Shown: positions 53,963 through 64,000, numbered from the stretch's first letter. The stretch: DNA of 64,000 bases from a virus (IMGVR_UViG_3300046370_000585:6697-70696); one strand, 5' to 3'. A program made the numbers and translations. The notes: generated by a model not told the origin, from the sequence alone.

Positions 53963-54662
53963 TAAAAAAAATACAGAAAAATTTGAAGACCATTACCATT
54001 TAATTTCTAAAGAAATAGATAAGCGAAGGCCTAAGTGGTTTTTGTCCTCTTTAGCTTGGATGGATTTTGAAGATGTAAAACAGATTATATCTTCCCATAT
54101 TTATAATAAATGGGATAAATGGGACCCCGAGCGACCTTTGATTCCTTGGGTTAATAAGATCATTAGTAATCAATTTAAAAATATATTAAGAAATAATTAC
54201 TCAAACTTTGTTAGACCTTGCTTAAACTGCCCTTTTAATTTGTCTTCAGGTTCGGGAGACGGAGACGCTTGCTCATTTACTGAATCCAGGGCGCAAGATA
54301 ATAGTTGCCCTCTTTTTGCTAAGTGGGAAAAAACGAAAAAATCTGCATATGACATAAAAATGGCAGTACCTATAGAGCTTAAGGAGCATGAAGTAAAAAG
54401 AATGGAGCAAAAAGACGTTGATATGATGCAGGCATCTGACAAACTTCACAAAGAAATTGAAAAACATTTAAATCCTAGGCACTACAAAGTCTATAAAATG
54501 CTTTTTATCGAATTTAGAAGCGAAGAAGAAGTTGCAAAAGAAATGGGATATAAAACTAGCGAGAAAGGCAGGCTTGCAGGGTACAAACAAATTAAAAACT
54601 TAAAGAAACAATTTAAAGACGTTGCGAAAAAGATTTTGCAAACAAAAGATATATTTCTATGA
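53889..54662 (+). CDS. Phage sigma-factor-like protein
   Basis: Region-2-like FEDVKQII..HIYNKWDKWD...WVNKIISNQFKN; region-4-like HTH SEEEVAKEMGY; Cys-rich insert. Start uncertain. Confidence 0.55.
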   Translation: MEALLTIPWSFVVPAKQGISTKVADKKNTEKFEDHYHLISKEIDKRRPKWFLSSLAWMDFEDVKQIISSHIYNKWDKWDPERPLIPWVNKIISNQFKNILRNNYSNFVRPCLNCPFNLSSGSGDGDACSFTESRAQDNSCPLFAKWEKTKKSAYDIKMAVPIELKEHEVKRMEQKDVDMMQASDKLHKEIEKHLNPRHYKVYKMLFIEFRSEEEVAKEMGYKTSEKGRLAGYKQIKNLKKQFKDVAKKILQTKDIFL

Positions 54663-55717
54663 GTAAAATAAATTTGACAGAAGAGCAAGAAAGTTTTATT
54701 AATAAAAACTGCTCAAAGATTACAGATCTAATCGAGCTGACTCGAGCGGTGTTTATGGACGATTCGTTGGATGGTAGAACCAAAGAGGGTAGGGCAGTAA
54801 GAGCGTATTTAATAAAAATTGGAAAAGAATTTTCTACAACCAAAAACGCTCCCGCGAAAGATATAAATCTAACGGAGGAAAATAAAGAGTTTATTAAAAC
54901 TCAGTCCTCAGACGGAATGAATGCGTTTCAAATTGCTAAAATAATATTTCCTGATGAAAAAATTACTCCTTTAAGCAAGGAAACTATTGTTATTAGCGAA
55001 TATATACGAGAAGAAATTCCTGCAAATATTACGCCTGAAGATTCCGCAAGAGGAGTTGAGTACTCATCTCCTTCATCTAGACTATCTGCATTAAAGAAAA
55101 TAAACTCTGTTACTGACTCAAATTTAAAGTTAGAAAAACTCACTCGATCAGAGGAGATATCTGTTGACTTCATGATGTCTATATTATCTTCGCCAAGGTT
55201 TGTCTATCAAATTAACAGTTATAGCGACTTACATGATAGGACTTTATTTGAGGCAGAATTTGTAAGAGCTTGTTGGGGTAAGCCTGATTTGACTCCTGAC
55301 GAAGTTAACTTGTATATTAATGTTTGCATGGATTATATCAACCTAAAGCAAATAGAAAAACAAAAATTAAAACTAAATGATATGTTTGATGATGCCGAAG
55401 AAGGTAATGATTTTACAATTAGACTTACCGAAATACTAAAAACAAAAAGTGAAGAATACAATCAGTGTGTTAGTCGTATAGATAGGGTTATAACAAAACT
55501 TCAAGGTGATAGGGCAAAAAGATTAAATTCCAAACACAAAGAAACTGCAAATGTTTTGGCTCTTGTGAAGCTTTTTCAAGAAGAAAAAGAGAGAGAAATT
55601 ATGGTAAAAATGGCTGAAATGCAAAAAAAGACGATTCAAGAAGAAGCTGACCGTATCGAAAGCATGCCTGCATGGAAAGCTAGAATACTTGGTATTTCTA
55701 GAGAAGATACAATATAA
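54659..55717 (+). CDS. Hypothetical protein upstream of the packaging genes
   Basis: 352 aa with a coiled-coil C-terminus; translationally coupled in the run leading to the terminase. Confidence 0.6.
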   Translation: MSKINLTEEQESFINKNCSKITDLIELTRAVFMDDSLDGRTKEGRAVRAYLIKIGKEFSTTKNAPAKDINLTEENKEFIKTQSSDGMNAFQIAKIIFPDEKITPLSKETIVISEYIREEIPANITPEDSARGVEYSSPSSRLSALKKINSVTDSNLKLEKLTRSEEISVDFMMSILSSPRFVYQINSYSDLHDRTLFEAEFVRACWGKPDLTPDEVNLYINVCMDYINLKQIEKQKLKLNDMFDDAEEGNDFTIRLTEILKTKSEEYNQCVSRIDRVITKLQGDRAKRLNSKHKETANVLALVKLFQEEKEREIMVKMAEMQKKTIQEEADRIESMPAWKARILGISREDTI

Positions 55718-56658
55718 TGGGCGGCTCAAAATTAAAGTGTCAAGAATGCGGTCAAATATTCAAGACTGAAAGATCTCTCCATGCACATTTAAAAAAACAT
55801 AATCTTACCGTTGCGGAATATTATACCAAATTTTTTCCTAGAAAAAATCTTTTAACTGGAAAGCTAATGCCTTTCAAGAATAAAAAAGAATATTTTTCCA
55901 AAGATTTCTCTAGCTTGCATCAGATGAAAGAGTGGTTTCGCCTAAAAGGCTCTTGTGAGACTACAAGAAAATACATTATTAACAAATTAAAAAACATGAT
56001 AGTTGAAAAAGATTTGGATATATCTCCTTCCCATATAGATTTATCACTGTCTGAGATGCCTACGATAGATATGTTTAAGAGTTGTTTTGGTAGTTATAGC
56101 TCCGCGTGTCACGAAGCAGGCATACCTTTAAGGTTCCCGCATAACATCGTTAAGGATTTTTTTAATAAAAACACGCAATACGAGGAGATGGAAATTTTCA
56201 TAGACACTAGGGAGCAAAAACCTCTGACTTTTAAAAATTCTAAAAGTCTAAAATTAGATTTTGGGGATTATACTGTTGGTGGAGCAAATTATAATTATAC
56301 ATATGTTGACCGCAAAAGCGAGGGAGATTTTAAGTCTACCATGTCTGTAGGCTTCGAGAGGTTTAAAAGAGAACTTGAACGAGCAAGACAATTTAATAGT
56401 TTTCTTTTTATTGTTGTTGAGAGTAGTATAGAAAAAATTAAAAAAAATAATTTATTTGCTCCTCACAAGTCTAATTTGTCATATATATTTCATAATACAA
56501 AATTTCTATCAAGAAACTATTCTGATGTTGCGCAGATATTGTTTTCAGGGGGAAGGAAATCTTCCGAGTATTTAATTCCTAGAATCTTGGGTTTCGGTAG
56601 ACCTTTGTGGACTTGCGATATGCAATATTTTATAGATAAAAGAATAGAAGAAAAATGA
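55717..56658 (+). CDS. C2H2 zinc finger plus ERCC4 (XPF-like) nuclease domain
   Basis: CQECGQIF....LHAHLKKH; IDTREQKP, LDFGDY, VDRKS..DF and RFKRELER. Confidence 0.75.
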   Translation: MGGSKLKCQECGQIFKTERSLHAHLKKHNLTVAEYYTKFFPRKNLLTGKLMPFKNKKEYFSKDFSSLHQMKEWFRLKGSCETTRKYIINKLKNMIVEKDLDISPSHIDLSLSEMPTIDMFKSCFGSYSSACHEAGIPLRFPHNIVKDFFNKNTQYEEMEIFIDTREQKPLTFKNSKSLKLDFGDYTVGGANYNYTYVDRKSEGDFKSTMSVGFERFKRELERARQFNSFLFIVVESSIEKIKKNNLFAPHKSNLSYIFHNTKFLSRNYSDVAQILFSGGRKSSEYLIPRILGFGRPLWTCDMQYFIDKRIEEK

Positions 56659-58520
56659 GCTGGGAAACAGGCAATCAAACCGCAAGGGAATCCTATTCCA
56701 AGCTAAATCAAGAAATCTTGGCAAAAAAAGGCTTTCTTGAAGAGAGGGAGGCAAAACTTTTACTATATAAGTTTTTAAGATGTAATATGACATTTGCGAC
56801 AGATTTACTTGCAGGAGTCAAACTTTTCCCTTTTCAGCACATGGCAGTAAAATCAATGTTTCAGACTGATTATTTTTTAGGCGTTTGGAGTCGGGGTATG
56901 TCAAAATCTTGGACTACGGGAGTTTTTGCTTTTATGGATGCCATATTAAACCAAGGGGTTCAAATAGGAATTTTATCAAAATCATTCCGACAAGCTAAAA
57001 TGATTTTTAAAAAAATAGAAGATATCGCAAATAAGCCTGAGGCCGCGTTTTTATCTCAATGCATAACAAAGACTTCTAAGACTAATGATCAGTGGACGCT
57101 TCAGATTGGTGATAGTCAAATTCACGCATTACCTCTAGGAGATGGGGAAAAGCTGCGTGGATTTCGTTTTCATAGAATTATTATTGACGAATTTTTATTG
57201 ATGCCAGAAAGGATTTATAATGAGGTCATTATACCGTTTTTGTCTGTTGTTGAGAATCCTACACAAAGAGATGACCTTTACAACTTAGAGACTAAGCTTA
57301 TAGAGAAAGGAGAAATGCGAGAAGAGGATCGCTACGTCTGGCCCAACAATAAATTAATTATGCTTTCATCTGCATCATATAAATTTGAATATATGTATAA
57401 GGTTTATGAGCAATTTGATCAATTAATTGCAAAGGGAAATAAAAGCCCTACAGAGGCAAACAGGGTAGTTATGCATTTTAGTTACGATTGCGCTCCCCAA
57501 CAGCTTTATGATCAAAATTTGATAGATCAAGCAAGAGCTTCTATGAGTCAATCTCAATTCGATCGAGAATTTGGCGCGGTTTTTACAGATGATAGTTCAG
57601 GTTATTTTAAAACTTCTAAAATGGCGGAATGTACCGTGCCAGAGGGGCAAGCTCCTAGTGTTGAGGTTAAGGGCGAAGATAGTGCGAAATACTTAATGGC
57701 TTTTGATCCGAGCTGGGCGGAAAGCGAAAGTAGTGACGACTTTGCAATTCACATATTTAAACTTAATGATAAAGCTCAACAAGGAGTTCTTGTGCATAGT
57801 TACGCTCTTGCTGGAGCGCCAATGAAGCAGCATATAAATTACATGCATTACTTGTTGACAAATTTTAATATAGTATCGATCGTTGGAGACTACAATGGTG
57901 GCGTTCAGTTTTTAAGCGCTGCTAACGAAAGTGCTCAATTTAAAAATAGCGGGATAAATATAGGTTTAATTGATGCGGATTGGGACAATATTGATGATTA
58001 TAAATCAGCCTTAATAGAAGCCAAAAAACAGTATGATTTAAAATCTAAAAAGATTTGCGTATTAAGAAAGCCTAGCAGCGCATGGATACGAAGGGCTAAC
58101 GAGCTTCTTCAGGCTAATTTCGATCATAAAAGAATTTGGTTTGCCTCGAAAGCTTTAGATTCTTATTATGAATCTCAAATAAAGAAGAAAATACCAATTG
58201 ATACTTTAAAGTTTTCTAACATTATCGATAGAGAAAATCAAAACTCATCCGCTAAAATGATTGATTTTGTTGAGCACCAAGAAGATATAATTGCATTAAC
58301 TAAAAGCGAATGTTCACTTATTCAAATTACAACTTCCCCTCAAGGCACTCAAACTTTTGACCTTCCTCCAACTTTAAAGCGGCAGACTGGTCCAGAAAAA
58401 ACTCGAAAGGATAGTTATTCCGCCCTTGTTCTTGGCAATTGGATGATTAAAATTTATTACGATACAACAACTGTAAAAAATGAAACTGTCTCAACATTCA
58501 CTCCGATGTTTATAAGGTAA
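56655..58520 (+). CDS. terL: Terminase large subunit
   Basis: LFPFQ, SRGMSKS (Walker A), RGFR..IIIDE (Walker B), LSSA (motif III), FDP...DDFA nuclease domain and KDSYSA. Confidence 0.85.
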   Translation: MSWETGNQTARESYSKLNQEILAKKGFLEEREAKLLLYKFLRCNMTFATDLLAGVKLFPFQHMAVKSMFQTDYFLGVWSRGMSKSWTTGVFAFMDAILNQGVQIGILSKSFRQAKMIFKKIEDIANKPEAAFLSQCITKTSKTNDQWTLQIGDSQIHALPLGDGEKLRGFRFHRIIIDEFLLMPERIYNEVIIPFLSVVENPTQRDDLYNLETKLIEKGEMREEDRYVWPNNKLIMLSSASYKFEYMYKVYEQFDQLIAKGNKSPTEANRVVMHFSYDCAPQQLYDQNLIDQARASMSQSQFDREFGAVFTDDSSGYFKTSKMAECTVPEGQAPSVEVKGEDSAKYLMAFDPSWAESESSDDFAIHIFKLNDKAQQGVLVHSYALAGAPMKQHINYMHYLLTNFNIVSIVGDYNGGVQFLSAANESAQFKNSGINIGLIDADWDNIDDYKSALIEAKKQYDLKSKKICVLRKPSSAWIRRANELLQANFDHKRIWFASKALDSYYESQIKKKIPIDTLKFSNIIDRENQNSSAKMIDFVEHQEDIIALTKSECSLIQITTSPQGTQTFDLPPTLKRQTGPEKTRKDSYSALVLGNWMIKIYYDTTTVKNETVSTFTPMFIR

Positions 58521-58552
58521 TTGAAAAAAAAGATTTAAGTAATATTATTTAC

Positions 58553-59320
58553 ATGGGATTAGTTTATGAGTGTGGTGCAGGTTTTGTTGATGCTTTTTTT
58601 GCAAAAGCTGATTCTAATATTGATGCATATGTTTTTTCTTCAGGACCGTCTTTAGAGGCGATAGACCCAAAAGATTTTGACGACAAGCCTATTTTTAAGA
58701 TAGGAATTAATACCACTTATCCGAAAATAAAACCTGACATATGGGTTGGCTTAGATTACCCAAAATGTTTTAATGAAAAGTTGTGGAGGGAGCCGTTTTG
58801 GAAGGTTTTAAGAAATCCTTACAACCAGCATTCTGTTAATGGTAAAAAAGTTAAAGATTTCCCTTTTGTATATTTCGCAACATTAGATAAAAAGATGACT
58901 CAGCATCCTGCCAAAGAAGTTTTTAATAGACGAGCGCATAAAGCAAAATTTATTTGGGCAAATAATACGGTTGCAACAGCTATGCATATGTTGGTATGGA
59001 TGGGTTTTAAAAGAATACATTTAATTGGTTCAGATTTAGGTTTTTCTGATAAAGCTTATTTTAGTGAATCTATAGAATATAGACCTTTTAATCATGATGA
59101 AGATTCTCCTGCTGGAGAAATTTCAGACGATCAAAAAAGATTGAATAGAAGGCTTTATATGCAGCAACTATCTTTTTTAAAAGACTTTTCTGAACATGGA
59201 AAAAGAATAGGTATTGATTTAATTTCTTGCACAAAAAATTCTCCTATAAATGCATTTTTAAATTATATTGATCCTAGTGTTGCAATTAAAGAATCTGTAA
59301 AAAGGTCCGAGACTTTTTAA
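58553..59320 (+). CDS. DUF115/Maf (MptE-like) putative glycosyltransferase
   Basis: SSGPSL, IGIN, PDIWVGLD and TVATAMHMLVWMGFKRIHLIGSDL. Confidence 0.65.
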   Translation: MGLVYECGAGFVDAFFAKADSNIDAYVFSSGPSLEAIDPKDFDDKPIFKIGINTTYPKIKPDIWVGLDYPKCFNEKLWREPFWKVLRNPYNQHSVNGKKVKDFPFVYFATLDKKMTQHPAKEVFNRRAHKAKFIWANNTVATAMHMLVWMGFKRIHLIGSDLGFSDKAYFSESIEYRPFNHDEDSPAGEISDDQKRLNRRLYMQQLSFLKDFSEHGKRIGIDLISCTKNSPINAFLNYIDPSVAIKESVKRSETF

Positions 59321-59373
59321 AGTTAACTTTTAACTTTGGTTAGACTTTTGTTGTTTTGGGTGTAACATCTATT

Positions 59374-61416
59374 ATGCCTAGGAAATATATTAAAACTTCA
59401 GAATATTGGAATCAGTTTAAAAAGAATGTTCCCAATAACAATTTACAAGAACTTTTTAGCAACAATGACAGTGTTGAGCCGAAACTTTGCGGCGAATCTT
59501 TTTATTCGTCTTCTGCCTCTTATTCAAGATCTCAACCTTCATCAGGATCGTCAGGAATAACTCGCTCAAACAAGATACATAAAAATAAAACAAAAAATAG
59601 ATATAAAAATATTCAAGATGGTATCTTGCCGTTCGAGGCGAATACTAGCGGCGTTTCTATTCGGCAATCGATTGAGTTGTGTCAAAAAGCTTATTGTAAT
59701 GTAGCGATTTTTAGAAATGCCATTGATGTAATGGCTGAATTCGCTAATTCTACAATTTATCTTAAGGGGGGTACCGCTCCTGCCAGAGAGTTTATTTCAA
59801 AATGGATGGATAGGATTAAAATTTGGTCGCTTAAGGATCAATATTTTAGAGAATATTATCGTAGTGGTAATGTATTTTTTTATAGAATTGATGGCAAGTT
59901 TCAGAAAGAAGATTTTAAAAAAATATCTTCAATATACGGCTCTGAAGGAGGATTGCCTTTAGGAAAAATTCCAATAAGGTATATCCTTCTTAATCCTTAT
60001 GATATAATTGCAACAAAAACAACAGCATTTGAAGACGGAGATTATAAAAAGATTTTATCTGAATACGAACTAGATAGATTAAGGAACCCAAAAACTAAAG
60101 AAGATAAAGAGTTGTTTGATAATCTTCCTGCAGAAGTTAAAAAACAAATCAAAAATAAAGCATTCTTTTCTGACGGTATATTTGTCAATTTAGAGCCTGA
60201 AAAATTATCTTATTCTTTTTATAAAAAACAAGATTATGAACCTTTTGCTGTTCCTTTTGGGTTTTCTGTTTTAGACGATATTAACTGGAAGCTTGAACTT
60301 AAAAAAATTGATCAAGCTATAAGCCGTACGGTCGAAAATGTTATACTTATGATAACCATGGGAGCGAAGCCTGACGATGGAGGAATAAACCCTAACAACT
60401 TAAATGCTATGCAGCAACTTTTTCAAAACGAAAGTGTTGGTAGGGTTCTTGTTAGCGACTATACGACAAAAGCAGATTTTATTATTCCTGATATTAACAA
60501 AGTTCTTGGTCCAGATAAATATAAAGTTGTAAATGAAGATATTCGAGACGCTTTGCAGAATATTATTGTCGGCCAAGAAAAATATGCTAATACTCAAGTT
60601 AAAGCTCAAATATTTCTTGAGAGATTAAAAGAAGCCCGCAATGCATTTTTGAATGATTTTCTTCAACCGCAAATAAAAATATTATGCAGAGCAATGGGTT
60701 TTCGAAAGTTTCCTGTTGCAAATTTTGAAAATATTGATATTAAAGACGAGGTGCAATTACAGAGAGTTGCCACACGATTAATTGAGTTAGGTGTGCTTCC
60801 TGCAGAGCAAGGCTTGAGAACAATCCAAACTGGAGTTTACCCTACTCCTGAGGAGCTTGAAATTTCGCAGAAGAAATATGTTGAGCAACGAGAAGACGGG
60901 ATGTATAATCCTTTAGTTGGCGGAGTTCCTACTGTAGAACCTGCAGGCGCAGAAGAAGACAGGATCCTGCAGGAAAAAAATCAAAAAGCTGCTATTGCTG
61001 AGCGTAAAAAACTCGCACAACAACAAAAACAACAAACTAATGTGCCAAACGAAACAGGTAGGCCTTCTGGGGCAAATGCAAGTTATAGCCGTAAGGACAT
61101 CCAGGGTACAGTTTATGAGATCGAAAAATTAAGAAATTCTTTAGCTTCCGAACTTAGGAAGTTTCATAAAATTAAAAAAATGAACCAAAATCAAACAAAC
61201 ACATTAGATAGTCTTGTAGAATCTTTAATCGTCTCTGAGGATAAAAGTAATTGGAGTTCTGTAGGTATTGCATGCGTGCGAGACTTTAATAAGATAGGGG
61301 AGCTTACTCAAAACAACGAAATTATAGAAATATCTGAATCCCATCAATTGCCAGTTTATCCTGCTGCAATACTTTATCATAGTAAAAAAGTAGAAGATTC
61401 GAATAATTCTGTGTAA
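59374..61416 (+). CDS. Portal protein
   Basis: About 680 aa, downstream of the terminase; AIFRNAIDVMAEF, REYYRSGNVF.Y and a C-terminal GRP. Probable start is MPRKY. Confidence 0.7.
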   Translation: MPRKYIKTSEYWNQFKKNVPNNNLQELFSNNDSVEPKLCGESFYSSSASYSRSQPSSGSSGITRSNKIHKNKTKNRYKNIQDGILPFEANTSGVSIRQSIELCQKAYCNVAIFRNAIDVMAEFANSTIYLKGGTAPAREFISKWMDRIKIWSLKDQYFREYYRSGNVFFYRIDGKFQKEDFKKISSIYGSEGGLPLGKIPIRYILLNPYDIIATKTTAFEDGDYKKILSEYELDRLRNPKTKEDKELFDNLPAEVKKQIKNKAFFSDGIFVNLEPEKLSYSFYKKQDYEPFAVPFGFSVLDDINWKLELKKIDQAISRTVENVILMITMGAKPDDGGINPNNLNAMQQLFQNESVGRVLVSDYTTKADFIIPDINKVLGPDKYKVVNEDIRDALQNIIVGQEKYANTQVKAQIFLERLKEARNAFLNDFLQPQIKILCRAMGFRKFPVANFENIDIKDEVQLQRVATRLIELGVLPAEQGLRTIQTGVYPTPEELEISQKKYVEQREDGMYNPLVGGVPTVEPAGAEEDRILQEKNQKAAIAERKKLAQQQKQQTNVPNETGRPSGANASYSRKDIQGTVYEIEKLRNSLASELRKFHKIKKMNQNQTNTLDSLVESLIVSEDKSNWSSVGIACVRDFNKIGELTQNNEIIEISESHQLPVYPAAILYHSKKVEDSNNSV

Positions 61417-61427
61417 TATGAATAACT

Positions 61428-61622
61428 ATGATCGAATTTTATAATGTAAAGAAAAAAAAGCGTGTGCAAGTTGCACCTGAAAAAGTTGAAAAAAAAATAT
61501 ACAAAAGAATTCTAAAAAGCGGGAAAGAATCTATACGGTACGCTTTTGCTGCGGTTGACGAAGATGGAACTAAGTTAACTAAGTTTTGCAGCAAATCCGA
61601 CTACGACTCTTTAAATAGTTAA
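61428..61622 (+). CDS. Small basic hypothetical protein
   Basis: MIEFYNVKKKKRV...GTKLTKF; GTGTA at 61411. Confidence 0.6.
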   Translation: MIEFYNVKKKKRVQVAPEKVEKKIYKRILKSGKESIRYAFAAVDEDGTKLTKFCSKSDYDSLNS

Positions 61623-63163
61623 TGGGTTATAAATACACAGCCATTTTCGAGCAAGAAGTTGTTGCGTCAACGGAAGCTTTTGAGGGTTATGTTTCTAAAG
61701 CTTCTTTAGATAACCTTGAGTCATTAATTCCTTCGTCCGTTGATTTAGAAAAAAATATTGATTTAATGGGTGTGGCGTTTAATGCTGCTGTAGTAAATAA
61801 ATTTAATAAAAACGGTGACGGGATAGACTCTGCCACTGCTGTTGCGATAAACGATTTTTTTATTCATAAACCTACTAATATAGAACATGATCGAGAGAAA
61901 GTGGTTGGGCATATAGTTTCTTCGGGATTTTCTTCTTTTGAGGATAGTTTAATCATGTCTAAAGAAGAAGTGATGCAGTCTAAAGATCCTGTAAATATAT
62001 CTCTGGGAGCAGTTGTTTACAAAATGGCAAATGCTTCTCTAGCAGATATACTTGAAGAAAGTCAAGAGGGGAACTCAAGCACAGTGATCTCTACAAGCTG
62101 GGAATTAGGTTTTAATGATTTTGCCGTTGCTGTTGGATCTGAAGATTTAAAAAATTGCGAAATTCTTCATGGACAGGAGGCTGAAAATGTAAAAGAGAGT
62201 CTACGAGCTTTTGGAGGAAGTGGTAAATTAGAAGACGGAAGAAAGTGTTATCGACTTGTTGTCGGCGAAGTCTTTCCACTAGGTGTAGCTTTTACAACAA
62301 AGCCTGCTGCAGATGTTAAAGGCGTGTTTATTGCAAACGAAAAAAAGAAAAATAAAAATGAAGATTTAATTGCAAAAAAAAATAAAAACGATATTATGAA
62401 AAATAAAAGTTCTCAAATTTTAAAAACAAATGTAATTGATCACAACGAATCTCTAAATATGGAAACAGAAAAAATAATTAATAGCTTAGAAGCCCTTCTG
62501 AATGAAAAACGTCGAGAAAACGATTTTTCCGAAGAAGCCGTGGCGAGCATTTCTAAACTGGTTAACGACGTTATCATCGAAAAGTCTGCGGAATGGAAAT
62601 CCCAGGTTGAGGATGCTCAGGCTCAAAAAGAAGAGCTCGCGCAATCTCAAGCAGAGCTTTCTGAGAAATACGATTCAGTTAACGAGGAATTGAAAACAGC
62701 TCAAGAAAAACTTAAATCACTGGAAGCAGAAAACGCCCAGCGCGTTTCTGAAGAAGCATTTAATGGCAGAATGGATCAGTTAAATAACGAGTTTAGTCTC
62801 GAAGATGCAGATCTGCAAATTATTGCTACAGAGGTCAAGGCTTTGGAGTCTGACGAAACTGCTTTCGCATCTTATAAAGAAAAATTTGAAAAAATTTGGG
62901 CGCATAAAAATAAAGAATTCATAAAATCCCAAGAAGAAGCTCTTCAAGCTAGAATTGAAGAAGAGGTTCAAAAGAGGTTATCTTCTCAGGAGTCACAAGC
63001 TTCCGAAGAACCAGAAACTGTTGTTGAAGCCGCTCTTGAGCAAGCTGAAGAACAAGAAGAATCTATTCCTAATAATAATGCAGAGTCTGTAGAATCAGAA
63101 GAGAGTTTAGAGGAAAAATTCGCTCAAGCATTTTCAAAGGAAAATATTTCAATTAAATACTAA
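61622..63163 (+). CDS. Prohead protease/scaffold-like protein
   Basis: N-terminal NKNGDG, NIEH..EKVVGHI, STSWEL and PAA; long acidic coiled-coil C-terminus; lies between portal and capsid genes. Confidence 0.65.
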   Translation: MGYKYTAIFEQEVVASTEAFEGYVSKASLDNLESLIPSSVDLEKNIDLMGVAFNAAVVNKFNKNGDGIDSATAVAINDFFIHKPTNIEHDREKVVGHIVSSGFSSFEDSLIMSKEEVMQSKDPVNISLGAVVYKMANASLADILEESQEGNSSTVISTSWELGFNDFAVAVGSEDLKNCEILHGQEAENVKESLRAFGGSGKLEDGRKCYRLVVGEVFPLGVAFTTKPAADVKGVFIANEKKKNKNEDLIAKKNKNDIMKNKSSQILKTNVIDHNESLNMETEKIINSLEALLNEKRRENDFSEEAVASISKLVNDVIIEKSAEWKSQVEDAQAQKEELAQSQAELSEKYDSVNEELKTAQEKLKSLEAENAQRVSEEAFNGRMDQLNNEFSLEDADLQIIATEVKALESDETAFASYKEKFEKIWAHKNKEFIKSQEEALQARIEEEVQKRLSSQESQASEEPETVVEAALEQAEEQEESIPNNNAESVESEESLEEKFAQAFSKENISIKY

Positions 63164-63184
63164 TTTTAAAAAGGAAAAATAACT

Positions 63185-63886
63185 ATGGCATTAAGACTAC
63201 TACCATTCAGACAGTACGACGAGCAAGACGTAATCAACCTGTTTAAATTTGGTGGCGACCTCGGAGGAGGCGCTCCAGATAATACTACGGCTGATTCAGG
63301 CATGCTTGTTAAAGTGAGTGATTCCGACCTTAGCAAAGACCCAATTGAATACTTGGGATCTTCCCCTTTGTTGGGTTCTAGCGGTTACCCGCACGTTGCA
63401 CGCAATGGCATGCCGCAAGTACCACTTACTTGTGAGGCAGCTGGAGCAGGCGATGTAGCTATCGGAGTTACATTAAATCAAACATTAACGCATGACGAAA
63501 ACGGAGAAAATTTACTTCGCTATCCTCAAAAGAAAGACGAGTTATTTGCTGTAACTTCTGGAGAAGCTGTACCTGTCGCAAGTAAAGGAATTTTTACTTT
63601 TGACGAGTCTGCTATCGAAGCCGTGAACTCAAGCAATGGAACTGCTGGTGGCGGAAGCGACAGCACTTCATGGAATGATGCAGCTTGGGAAGTTACATCT
63701 GCTAAAAATATAGTTGCAACTCAAGGAGCTAGCGGAAAAATTGTTCTTTCTAACTCTGTAGGAAGTGCAAAAAAAGTTGGAAATGTTCTTGGATCAGGCA
63801 AACGTACTGCCCAAACAAATCCTGACCAGTTTGCTGGTGCTCGTGGAGAGTCTGCTCACTATGTCGTAATCAAACTAGACCTTTAA
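63185..63886 (+). CDS. Capsid-associated (decoration/cement-like) protein
   Basis: AAGGA Shine-Dalgarno; Gly/Ala-rich beta-type sequence; lies between the scaffold and the probable major capsid gene. Confidence 0.5.
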   Translation: MALRLLPFRQYDEQDVINLFKFGGDLGGGAPDNTTADSGMLVKVSDSDLSKDPIEYLGSSPLLGSSGYPHVARNGMPQVPLTCEAAGAGDVAIGVTLNQTLTHDENGENLLRYPQKKDELFAVTSGEAVPVASKGIFTFDESAIEAVNSSNGTAGGGSDSTSWNDAAWEVTSAKNIVATQGASGKIVLSNSVGSAKKVGNVLGSGKRTAQTNPDQFAGARGESAHYVVIKLDL

Positions 63887-63907
63887 TATATAAGGAGAAA
63901 TAAAATT

Positions 63908-64000
63908 ATGGAAATTACACTAAAACATACCGACGAGCAAGTTGAGCTTGTAAAGGCTATGGCTTCCAATAATAGGGACGTTGCCTATGAAGCTCAAGCT
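63908..64000 (+). CDS. Probable major capsid protein, 5' end (truncated by the window)
   Basis: AAGGAG Shine-Dalgarno; MEITLKHTDEQVELVKAMASNNRDVAYEAQA. Call rests on gene order. Confidence 0.5.
   Translation, partial: MEITLKHTDEQVELVKAMASNNRDVAYEAQA

Noticed and set aside
1-64000. tRNA/rRNA genes, stop-codon reassignment, introns or inteins
   Set aside because: No cloverleaf was recognised by eye. Long genes (terminase, portal, rIIA, ligase) are intact in the standard code and of ordinary length.

Overview
This is a 64-kb segment of a large, AT-rich tailed (Caudoviricetes-type) phage genome, and no host chromosomal genes are evident. It has four parts. (i) 0.1-16 kb: a LamG-type protein with 24 GSGDTS repeats, glycan and CDP-polyol enzymes, UvsE, a macro domain and many small ORFs. 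(ii) 17-44.8 kb: an early/accessory region (RuvB-like ATPase, rIIA/rIIB, ATP-dependent ligase, two Ogg-like HhH proteins, DUF932, gp88-like). It is built from units whose sigma70-type promoters place the ATG at about +1 (leaderless), and from 30.7 to 43.8 kb it is punctuated by 10 copies of a palindrome, AAATCG-N5-CGATTT. The full 34-bp form of that palindrome reads as two overlapping sigma54-like GG-N10-GC boxes. (iii) A GC-rich hairpin at 44.9 kb, then Hsp20 with a sigma54-like promoter and a cluster of sulfotransferases and GT47/GT29 glycosyltransferases. (iv) 52-64 kb: membrane/lysis-type genes, a sigma-like factor, an ERCC4 nuclease, terminase, portal, protease/scaffold and the start of the probable major capsid gene, several of them preceded by a GTGTA motif. 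All calls come from motif recognition by eye; no database searches were run.
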